From IMG/VR virus record IMGVR_UViG_3300022547_000006, positions 1 to 29,435 of that record: a stretch of 29,435 bases of DNA; one strand, written 5' to 3'. Shown here piece after piece: positions 1-6,763 of the stretch. Both the position numbers and the translations under genes were made by a program. This DNA is from a virus. Numbering within the stretch: position 1 is the stretch's first letter; every line of letters begins with the position of its first letter. Under the pieces are notes generated by a model. The model made no database searches, had not been told where the DNA came from, and saw nothing but the letters and a program-made list of their open reading frames with translations.

Positions 1-127
1 TGACAAAAATAGTAAGGCTTATATACCCTCTAATACCAATATATAATTAAGGTTGATAAGAGGGAGGCGAACGAAAAAGATGGCGGAAATAAGCGGCGCG
101 GCGGCTGGTCGCGCGGCGGCGGAAGTG
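1..127 (+). repeat. Inverted-repeat cassette R, truncated copy (promoter + RBS + first 16 codons)
   Basis: Identical to 26453-26579. Bases 2-127 are the reverse complement of 2857-2982. Sequence diverges from the other copy at 128. Confidence 0.95.
11..67 (+). promoter_or_regulatory. Archaeal promoter within cassette R (TTATATA 19-25, second AT box 38-50) and RBS GGAGG (63-67); present in all four R copies and pointing into the island
   Basis: A-rich BRE-like stretch, TATA box, and GGAGG 12 nt before ATG 80. Confidence 0.7.
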
Positions 128-268
128 CGACGGCTCCCGACCAATGAACGGGGCGATCTGGTCAAAAGGTCGCCCCGGGATGTTGTAGGTGCTAGCGCCC
201 GAGCTCAGCGAAGGATGAGCACGGAAAAAGCGGGGTGCCGAGGATCAACACGAAGGAGGAAAAAATAG
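80..268 (+). CDS. 62-aa ORF: R-encoded N-terminus MAEISGAAAGRAAAEV plus an Arg-rich tail; may be a non-functional by-product of promoter duplication
   Basis: ATG 80 has an RBS. The first 16 codons are shared with the 49-aa ORF. The tail has low-complexity composition. Confidence 0.35.
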   Translation: MAEISGAAAGRAAAEVRRLPTNERGDLVKRSPRDVVGASARAQRRMSTEKAGCRGSTRRRKK

Positions 269-285
269 AATAGGAGGTGAAATGT

Positions 286-597
286 ATGAAAGCAATAATA
301 AATGGAAAGAAGTACGACACGGAAACTGCGGAGCAGATCGCGGATGATGGTTTTGGTCATCCAAGAGATTTCCGATATTGGAGCGAAGTGTTATACAAAA
401 CGAAGAAAGGGAACTACTTCATCGCGGGTGAGGGTGGTGCACTAAGCAAATACGCGGTTCCGGCCGGGGGCAATAGCACTTCGGGCAGTTCACGAATCTG
501 CGCACTCACTCGTGCTGAGGCTTTCGAGTGGTGCCAGGAGCATAACGCGACGGAAGCAATAGAGGCCCACTTCTCCGATCTGGTCGAAGACGCGTGA
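286..597 (+). CDS. Conserved phage-type hypothetical protein (103 aa, MKAIINGKKYDTETA...)
   Basis: GGAGGTGA (273-280) lies 5 nt before ATG 286. The IINGKxYDTETA / LYxTxxGxYF / GEGG / SKYA motifs resemble a family I recall from bacterial phages and prophages. Confidence 0.85.
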   Translation: MKAIINGKKYDTETAEQIADDGFGHPRDFRYWSEVLYKTKKGNYFIAGEGGALSKYAVPAGGNSTSGSSRICALTRAEAFEWCQEHNATEAIEAHFSDLVEDA

Positions 598-648
598 AAC
601 TGTCTCTCGCCTGCGCAACATGTCCGGCACAGAGGAAATTGGAATGAA

Positions 649-678
649 GGGGCCCGAGTCCGGGCCCCTGTATTTTTT
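649..678 (+). terminator. Hairpin GGGGCCCG-agtc-CGGGCCCC followed by a T-tract
   Basis: Perfect 8-bp stem at 649-668 and T6 at 673-678, downstream of 286-597. Confidence 0.6.
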
Positions 679-818
679 CCCCTACCTGACATCCTCTCCG
701 CCCTGAAGGGCGAGACTTTCTACGTGAAAAAAATGGTAATACGGGAGAGTACAAAGTAATATAAGCTTACCCTGCTCATCTCAATTACTTATCAAAGATC
801 TTAGGAGGTGATAAACAA

Positions 819-1037
819 ATGAGTGAACTATACAATCGAGATATTTTCGCGCTTTGCGAGTGGATGGATGACATGAAAGCGGAAATGCTCGCTTCGCAGA
901 GTGCGCGGCTACATCGCGGTTTCATACCAGAAGAGAAGCGGCGGTACATGGAGCTGCTCGCACAGATTAGGGCGCGAGTGGAAGCTATGGATACTGGCGA
1001 CTTCCCGGAAGTGCATCCGCAAACACTCGCAGAATGA
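819..1037 (+). CDS. Hypothetical helical protein (72 aa) with its own promoter
   Basis: TAATATAA at 757-764 and GGAGGTGA at 804-811 before ATG 819. Confidence 0.8.
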   Translation: MSELYNRDIFALCEWMDDMKAEMLASQSARLHRGFIPEEKRRYMELLAQIRARVEAMDTGDFPEVHPQTLAE

Positions 1038-1038
1038 A

Positions 1039-1056
1039 CGGGCACTTTTTTGCCCG
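1039..1056. terminator. CGGGCA-cttttt-TGCCCG hairpin/T-tract where the two island operons converge
   Basis: 6-bp perfect stem just after stop 1037 and near the opposing stop at 1093. Confidence 0.45.
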
Positions 1057-1092
1057 CCTTCCCCTAAGTTTGTTGGCTATGCCGGGTTGGTA

Positions 1093-1284
1093 TTAGGTGC
1101 GATGTTTGATCATCACCTGCATGAGCTCTTTGCCTGAGATGCGGTAAACGACGAAGCGCGCGCCTGTGTCGTCAACTACCGTTCTGACGCGCCGCGCTTT
1201 TTCCTTGATGTCGGGCCAGCACGCTTCATGGTTCGCGTTTCGCATCATGCGAATGGTTTTACGACGCGGGATGATCACGGTCAT
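1093..1284 (-). CDS. 63-aa protein, paralogue of 3168-3422
   Basis: AGGTGA upstream; shared RN-x2-H-x3-W-x2-IK-x-K ... D-x-G ... VYRIS-x3-L-x-Q-x-M pattern. Confidence 0.75.
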   Translation of the reverse strand: MTVIIPRRKTIRMMRNANHEACWPDIKEKARRVRTVVDDTGARFVVYRISGKELMQVMIKHRT

Positions 1285-1350
1285 TTTTCTCTCTTCACCT
1301 TCGCTGCTGCGTTTTTTCTTGCATATTTTCTACGCCTCCTGCTGATCTTC

Positions 1351-2412
1351 TCAGTACCTCGCTGGTGTGCGTCGATCCTTGCCCGCATCTATGTAGAGTG
1401 TCTGCGCGATCCGCAGTGCCAAGTCCGCTGCAACTTCATCACTGATATGATACGCACCCTGAAGTAGCTCACAACACAAGATCCCTTCAGTGATACACTC
1501 ACGCATGAACGTCGGGCTATCATTAGCGATCTCCTCTTTCGTATGTTCATTCATCTTATCGGCCATTGTTGTCTTCTCCACAGGCTTCGCTTCTAGCTCT
1601 TGCAGCTTCTTCTCCATTTCCTTATAACTCTCTATCACGAGCTCGCGCGGGATCGCCATACGCGCCTTGCCCTCCTTGTTCGCTACATTGAGGCTCGCGG
1701 GGATAAACCAGCTTCCGTCCTTCTTGCGCTTGATCAGCTTCGCTGGATAGCGTATCTTCAGGCCCGCTACTTCGCCTTGGCCTTCCAGGATCTCCACCGT
1801 TCTCGAGTCACCGCGCACTTCCACGAGCCGCCCTACTACAATCGCCGGGGGCACCTTGCCCTCCTCGCGGTAGATGTAGAAGTTCCTGATCGGTGGTAGC
1901 TTCCTGCAATCGTCACGCTGTAGGAATGCAGGCCGACCGTCACGTTCCACTATCTGGTCATCTTCATCTACGGGCACCGCTGAGAAGTTGCCGTTGGGGT
2001 ACTGGTCACTATACTTCCGAGTGATCCAGACCTTCGGATACGGGGACTCCTCATCAAGTATGCTCGTCGGAAGCTTCAACTTGAATTTCAGGCCCTTTCC
2101 CTCCGCTCGGTCATCATATCGCTCGTACCCGAGCGCCCTTAAGATGGCGTACTCCAGCTCCAAGTCATCTTCGGTCTTCTTAGCTGTGCCTTCCTTCACT
2201 AGCGTAGGATTGGCTGCTTCACCATTGAGCTGCTTCTGCTGCTGCTTTTTCGCGCTGGACTCCTCTTTCGGGGAGGTGTTAGGGAGAGTGCTTTCTCCGC
2301 TTTCTGCATCCTCAGCCAGGACTACCATATCATGTGCCGTTGGGATTGGGAACATGCCTTCGAGTTCGTGTAGCTCGTCTTCACTGAAGTTGAAGTCTTC
2401 TAGGTCGTTCAT
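1351..2412 (-). CDS. 353-aa hypothetical protein (acidic N-terminus, beta-rich core, helical C-terminus); possible ssDNA-binding or recombination protein
   Basis: GGGAGGAG RBS before ATG 2412, which overlaps the upstream stop (ATGA). The function is a weak inference. Confidence 0.8.
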   Translation of the reverse strand: MNDLEDFNFSEDELHELEGMFPIPTAHDMVVLAEDAESGESTLPNTSPKEESSAKKQQQKQLNGEAANPTLVKEGTAKKTEDDLELEYAILRALGYERYDDRAEGKGLKFKLKLPTSILDEESPYPKVWITRKYSDQYPNGNFSAVPVDEDDQIVERDGRPAFLQRDDCRKLPPIRNFYIYREEGKVPPAIVVGRLVEVRGDSRTVEILEGQGEVAGLKIRYPAKLIKRKKDGSWFIPASLNVANKEGKARMAIPRELVIESYKEMEKKLQELEAKPVEKTTMADKMNEHTKEEIANDSPTFMRECITEGILCCELLQGAYHISDEVAADLALRIAQTLYIDAGKDRRTPARY

Positions 2413-2573
2413 AGGTTCTCCTCCCGGATCTCGATCATATCCAGCAGATCGCACTCGCTCGCGCACTCCTGCACCGCTAGCTTCAGATCATCTAGCGCAC
2501 TAATGACCAAAACGGGATTGCCGATAACCGTAACTACGAGCTTCGCGCCCGCAACACCGTTATGTGCTTTCAT
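2409..2573 (-). CDS. 54-aa hypothetical protein MKAHNGVAGAKLVVTVIGNPVLVISALDDLKLAVQECASECDLLDMIEIREENL (not in ORF track)
   Basis: Fills the gap exactly: it overlaps the upstream stop, and its TGA overlaps ATG 2412. Confidence 0.65.
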   Translation of the reverse strand: MKAHNGVAGAKLVVTVIGNPVLVISALDDLKLAVQECASECDLLDMIEIREENL

Positions 2574-2754
2574 TGCCACACTCCCCGCCAGCCGCCTTCC
2601 GTAACCCCTCTCGCACCAATTGCGCCGCGATCGTGGCGAGTCCGATCCTGGCTCCGCCTTTGCCGCGTGCGCGTCGTATCTCTTTTTCTGCTTTCGCTAT
2701 CTCCTCAAGTTGCTGCAACTCGCTCGTGTCAAGCGTGATGAACAGATGCGGCAT
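2560..2754 (-). CDS. 64-aa putative ribbon-helix-helix-like DNA-binding protein
   Basis: Strand HLFITL, helix SELQQLEEIAKAE and helix LATIAAQLVREGLRK. ATG abuts the upstream TAA. Confidence 0.6.
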   Translation of the reverse strand: MPHLFITLDTSELQQLEEIAKAEKEIRRARGKGGARIGLATIAAQLVREGLRKAAGGECGNEST

Positions 2755-2904
2755 TTATATCCCCCCACTCTTCTCCGCCCGCGACAATACATACGATAGT
2801 AGCGCGAGCTCGAACCCGCGCCGTATGGCCTCGCTTTTACCGTCTTCGGCCGCCGACACTTCCGCCGCCGCGCGACCAGCCGCCGCGCCGCTTATTTCCG
2901 CCAT
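2755..2904 (-). CDS. 49-aa ORF MAEISGAAAGRAAAEVSAAEDGKSEAIRRGFELALLSYVLSRAEKSGGI (not in ORF track)
   Basis: First ORF after the R promoter and RBS. Its TAA abuts the next ATG (2754). Confidence 0.6.
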   Translation of the reverse strand: MAEISGAAAGRAAAEVSAAEDGKSEAIRRGFELALLSYVLSRAEKSGGI

Positions 2905-3013
2905 CTTTTTCGTTCGCCTCCCTCTTATCAACCTTAATTATATATTGGTATTAGAGGGTATATAAGCCTTACTATTTTTGTCGCCGCTCCCCATATGCCA
3001 AAATGTAGGGGGG
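2857..3013 (-). repeat. Inverted-repeat cassette R (157 bp), copy 2
   Basis: Reverse complement of 26423-26579 with one mismatch (2983). Confidence 0.95.
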
Positions 3014-3070
3014 CCTCCGAAGAATTCCTAATGCCCGTAACTATATGGAATCTTCAGCTTAGCTTCTTTC

Positions 3071-3211
3071 TCATTTTGAGCGTTTCGGTGTGGTTATGCT
3101 CATCACGCGCTCGCTACCGCACTTGCAGCTCGGCTTCGGGGTCGGCACTCTAGTCCAGAAGACTTCGTTACATTCCAGGCACTTCCACCAATACTTCGTC
3201 TTTAGACTCAT
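3071..3211 (-). CDS. 46-aa Zn-ribbon microprotein MSLKTKYWWKCLECNEVFWTRVPTPKPSCKCGSERVMSITTPKRSK (not in ORF track)
   Basis: CxxC...CxCGS motif. It overlaps the 3' end of 3168-3422 in another frame. Confidence 0.75.
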   Translation of the reverse strand: MSLKTKYWWKCLECNEVFWTRVPTPKPSCKCGSERVMSITTPKRSK

Positions 3212-3422
3212 TTCGCTTCAATATTCGCTGTGAGTGCATCGCATACGGCATCATGATCTGTATGAGGTCGACCGCGCTGATGCGATACACCAGGCAGGGG
3301 CCGCAGTCGCGTTCCTGTAGCCCTAAATATTCGGACTTTGCCTTGATCGCTTGCCACTTGTGAAGGTGGTGATCGTTCCGCTTTATGCTGATTACTATTT
3401 TCGGCAGCTTCTTACTTCCCAT
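3168..3422 (-). CDS. 84-aa protein, paralogue of 1093-1284
   Basis: Shared motifs, including VYRIS; lies in an operon after 3441-4430. Confidence 0.75.
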   Translation of the reverse strand: MGSKKLPKIVISIKRNDHHLHKWQAIKAKSEYLGLQERDCGPCLVYRISAVDLIQIMMPYAMHSQRILKRNESKDEVLVEVPGM

Positions 3423-3440
3423 CTTCGCCCGTTTCCAGAC

Positions 3441-4430
3441 CTATATGGTAGAACTGCCTTGAGGTCGCCCTTTATCGTGCCGTGCTTCTCGTTCCGCAAG
3501 TGCGAGCTCGCGCATCTTCTTCAGAGCTGCTGCGTACTCTTCAGACTCTGTACGAGGTCGCTGTAGCACGTTCTTGAATCGGTCTGCCTGGTACTCTTCG
3601 CGTGTCTTCCTAGCGCCCCAGGGGAGAACGATCTTGCCAGCGAGTTCTTTAAGCTTCGCACCAAGCCCCGCTACAAATTCGCAGCAGTCTTTCAACGCAC
3701 CATAAATGCCGCGATTCGCACCTGCTCGCTGTAATGCTTCAATGCCGTGCTGCTCCACCTTCTCAGCTCGCTGGCTCAAATAATTGCCGAGGAATCCGTA
3801 CAGCAGCTTGCGGATGTACGGGCCTCTTCGGGAGGCGAAGACGTAAGCGATATTGCTGCCGTTCTGGTTGCTTCGTCGCGCCATGCCGCGCAGGTGCATG
3901 TTCGCCGCCTTGTCTTGCTCGTCAGCAATCACGACTACGCAAGTATCTCGTACCTCCTCCTGACGGTAGTGCAGAATCTTCACTCGCGCCCGCGCAGCGG
4001 CATATAAGATCTCTTCCGCAGCCTCCTTCGTGAGTTTGGCGACATGGACGAAGACTATCTTGAGATATTCAACATAATCCTCGCCTTTTGCCGGGAAGGT
4101 GGGAACGACCGCAACCGCAATTCGCCGGATATTATTGCTGATCTTTCTTACCGCGCCGCGCCCTTCTTCGCCTTCGCGTGGAAGGATCATCCGATAGTTG
4201 ATGAGCATGCTCGGGTGGATCTTCCACGGTAATCTTCGCACCGCCCACATATACGCGGTCTTCTCCTGGTATAATTCGTTCACAAAATCGTTGAAAAGGC
4301 CGTTGAACCGCGTTGCGCCTTTTCTCGTCGCTGTCTCTTGGTTGCCTTCAACCCCTTCGGCAACCGATACCTTTTTATACCCCTCTACCTTATTTAAAGT
4401 AGGTGAGGTATTCCCAACAGATACTCTCAT
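3441..4430 (-). CDS. 329-aa hypothetical protein; possible degenerate restriction-endonuclease-like (Mrr-type) fold; candidate replication or DNA-binding protein
   Basis: GGGAGG 7 nt before ATG 4430. Strand/helix pattern IVFVHVAK-LTKEAAEEIL...TCVVVIA-DEQDKAA...IAYVF. The fold is inference only. Confidence 0.8.
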   Translation of the reverse strand: MRVSVGNTSPTLNKVEGYKKVSVAEGVEGNQETATRKGATRFNGLFNDFVNELYQEKTAYMWAVRRLPWKIHPSMLINYRMILPREGEEGRGAVRKISNNIRRIAVAVVPTFPAKGEDYVEYLKIVFVHVAKLTKEAAEEILYAAARARVKILHYRQEEVRDTCVVVIADEQDKAANMHLRGMARRSNQNGSNIAYVFASRRGPYIRKLLYGFLGNYLSQRAEKVEQHGIEALQRAGANRGIYGALKDCCEFVAGLGAKLKELAGKIVLPWGARKTREEYQADRFKNVLQRPRTESEEYAAALKKMRELALAEREARHDKGRPQGSSTI

Positions 4431-4746
4431 CTTTTTTCCTCCCTTTTTTTTCTTCTTCCGCTTCAGCGATGCCACCGCATTCGTCATGTTGATACTTCTT
4501 ACTACTCGCAGTATTAAAAAGGCATAGGTTCAGCTCACCTTTTCGGAGCTTGCGGACGAGCATCTCGCCGTAATTTGCATCATTCGGTGGCTGGTTCGTA
4601 GAGAAGAAGGCTGAGAGGATCGCCTCGATCAACTCTGACCGGGATATTTTTAGCTCTTTCGTCAGCTTCTCCATCGCTTGCTCCAAACGCTCTTTAAGCG
4701 CAGGATTTACCGCAGCTGTCACGATCGCATAATTTTTAGGGGCCAT
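4390..4746 (-). CDS. Ribbon-helix-helix (CopG-like) transcriptional regulator
   Basis: YAIVTAAVNPALKERLEQAM...ISRSELIEAILSAFF is a typical RHH pattern. TTTATATA (4779-4772) lies 25 nt upstream. Confidence 0.8.
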   Translation of the reverse strand: MAPKNYAIVTAAVNPALKERLEQAMEKLTKELKISRSELIEAILSAFFSTNQPPNDANYGEMLVRKLRKGELNLCLFNTASSKKYQHDECGGIAEAEEEKKGRKKDESICWEYLTYFK

Positions 4747-4920
4747 AATAATTTTATATAGATTATAAGAGTATATAAAGGTAGCACATGCTGCCCATGC
4801 ACCTGCTTCTTAAACGAGAGATAACAATAGAATATATTAATAGAATTCTAGTAGAATTTTACTCGTGGATACCCTACCCTACCCTATCCTAACTTTTAAG
4901 AATCCAGCCCGTTAAACCGA
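4747..4920. promoter_or_regulatory. AT-rich intergenic region with the RHH-operon promoter, TAGAAT x3, palindrome TAGAATTCTA and a (TACCC)3 array; candidate replication origin
   Basis: Motifs at 4828, 4841 and 4852, and at 4870-4893. Origin function is inference. Confidence 0.45.
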
Positions 4921-5015
4921 ATGGTGTCTTTACCACTGTTAGGTGAACTACCACCCAACAAGTTGAGTGGCTTCCTGCTTCCACGATTCTCCAGCAAGAA
5001 TCTCCACAGGCGTTG

Positions 5016-5225
5016 CTATAGATTCGAACAGCCCCTGCTGCGTCTCGCTTCTTCTGCGAGTACCCGGTTCCTTGTGAAGATCTCCTCGATCGTGAGTGCC
5101 CGTGCGAGATTGAGCACTTCTAGAAAGATCTCGGTATCCGAAAGCCCGCGTTTACGCGCATCAATCACCGTCTGCCGCAGCCAGTGATTGAACTCCAGTG
5201 CCGTGATCTGCTCCTTTTCGGTCAT
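5016..5225 (-). CDS. Hypothetical protein (69 aa)
   Basis: Clean ORF 15 nt downstream of hjc with helical composition. Confidence 0.65.
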   Translation of the reverse strand: MTEKEQITALEFNHWLRQTVIDARKRGLSDTEIFLEVLNLARALTIEEIFTRNRVLAEEARRSRGCSNL

Positions 5226-5240
5226 CTTAGCTCGCCCGTC

Positions 5241-5552
5241 CTAGTAGAATTTCCACTTCTCCTTGTGTTCTCGAAGATTCTGCCGCACCATTAAGATCCA
5301 CGATACCCCAGGTACGGGATGGTCCTTCTTCCACTGCTCGAGCACCTTGAGAAAGCCCTGGGTGCGGCCCGTCTTCACCTGTACGAAATGTACTTGATCG
5401 CCATTGACCGCTACGAAATCGAACATATTGAAGATGTCCTTGTCCGTGAACCTGCTGCATCGAGTGGGCCGATAGACACTCCAGCCGTACTTCTCATACT
5501 CTTCTCGAGCTTCGCGTTCCGAGAGATCGCCTTTAGACTTCGCACTGTTCAT
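5241..5552 (-). CDS. hjc: Archaeal-type Holliday junction resolvase (Hjc, PD-(D/E)xK)
   Basis: KGxxxERE...GWxVxR...FDFVA...VQVK motifs; upstream TATA-like box at 5596-5586. Confidence 0.88.
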   Translation of the reverse strand: MNSAKSKGDLSEREAREEYEKYGWSVYRPTRCSRFTDKDIFNMFDFVAVNGDQVHFVQVKTGRTQGFLKVLEQWKKDHPVPGVSWILMVRQNLREHKEKWKFY

Positions 5553-5643
5553 AAGAGTGCCCCTATATCGAAGCTCATAGCGAAATTATAATAATATCGC
5601 TCGTGAGGCCACGAACCCACCTCTTTTATGCACGCCATAGAAC

Positions 5644-6756
5644 CTAAAAAATGATGCCGAAAGACCGAGCTTTCCCTACGGCCGCTTCGCTGATTACACC
5701 GATATTCGCATACCCTTTCTGGGAATGACCATCTGACCGGAAAGCGACGGCACAACTTGCATCGCCATTATATGCTATCTCATTGTAATTTGTCTGACCT
5801 GTGGGGGGAGGGTTGTAATCGTAATATTGGCTTCCTAGTGTGATTGTGGTTCCACTGACAAATACCCACTTGGCACTGCCTGCTGTTTCAGCATCGCGTT
5901 CAACGCTCAATATTACTGTATCATCGTCATATCTGCATAGCGAATGAAACCGTGGATCGTTATCACTATATTGTACTGCTGTACCCCAAGTAATTGTACT
6001 ATCTGAAACGGATGCTGCTCGGAGATATCCTATTTGCGAATTTGTATAGGCCACAACAAAACGCGAAGAATCAATTGCCACAACCCAATCCCATCCTATC
6101 TCAACATTAAAATATTGAGAAACGGATCCAAAAGTGATTTCGGTACCCGATATTGTTCCTATAACTGCATACCCTCCGTTTGCATCTCTGAATGCAACAA
6201 CAATTTTTGTACTATTAAGAGCGGTTATGTGCTCTTCGTATGGAGTTTTGCTAGCATCCGCTGTATATTCACTGCCGTAACTCACCGTAGTCCCGGAAAT
6301 AGTTAGTATACGTGCACGAACACGATCCGAATACTTGTACGTTATCGCCGCCGCAGAGGGTGATAAAGGTGCCACTGATAAGCGGCAATAATAGTCTGTA
6401 TTCCCCCAGGTTGTAACACTACCCATAGAGATATCAGTGCCTGAAATCGATATTACACAAGCTTGGCCTGCGTTGCCATCGCTAGCTTGCCATACAAGTA
6501 GCGCCTTGTCATCTTCTAAGCGGCGTACTACGGGCCACTTGAGTTCATAGTAGTCACCGAGAAATTGAAATGTGGGTCCCCATGTAAGGACATTGCCCGA
6601 GACTGTACCGGCACGTACGAAACCACCCCAATTGCTCTCAGGTTTGTACCATGCAACTAGTATTTTTGAAGCAGTGAGCCATGTAACTGATGCATGGCGC
6701 ATAGAGTAATCAGCAAAGTTAGATATATTTCCAAAGTCAATCGCTTTCTCAGCCAT
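5644..6756 (-). CDS. Putative receptor-binding protein, repeat-built beta-propeller-like (370 aa)
   Basis: Six roughly 49-aa-spaced GTVSGTTITFG-like repeats; last gene of the tail module; low GC. Confidence 0.6.
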   Translation of the reverse strand: MAEKAIDFGNISNFADYSMRHASVTWLTASKILVAWYKPESNWGGFVRAGTVSGNVLTWGPTFQFLGDYYELKWPVVRRLEDDKALLVWQASDGNAGQACVISISGTDISMGSVTTWGNTDYYCRLSVAPLSPSAAAITYKYSDRVRARILTISGTTVSYGSEYTADASKTPYEEHITALNSTKIVVAFRDANGGYAVIGTISGTEITFGSVSQYFNVEIGWDWVVAIDSSRFVVAYTNSQIGYLRAASVSDSTITWGTAVQYSDNDPRFHSLCRYDDDTVILSVERDAETAGSAKWVFVSGTTITLGSQYYDYNPPPTGQTNYNEIAYNGDASCAVAFRSDGHSQKGYANIGVISEAAVGKARSFGIIF

Positions 6757-6763
6757 ATTTTAT

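Larger units (their letters stand above)
1..3013. repeat. Left copy of a 3,013-bp inverted terminal duplication (reverse complement of 26423-29435)
   Basis: Position p pairs with 29436-p. The ORF track mirrors exactly (53..268 vs 29168..29383; 1351..2466 vs 26970..28085), and spot checks match. One mismatch at 2983/26453. Identity ends in a G6 run (3008-3013) versus a C10 run (26419-26428). Confidence 0.97.

Noticed and set aside
1351-2466. ORF-track start at 2466 (371 aa), and similar extended starts at 4487, 7957, 21537 and 25989
   Set aside because: Downstream ATGs (2412, 4430, 7897, 21396, 25965) have an RBS or stop-start overlap and avoid long overlaps with other genes.
4431-4458. A8 run near the RHH / 329-aa gene overlap as a -1 frameshift fusing the two
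   Set aside because: Fusion needs a +1 shift, not -1, and the downstream gene has its own GGGAGG RBS and ATG.
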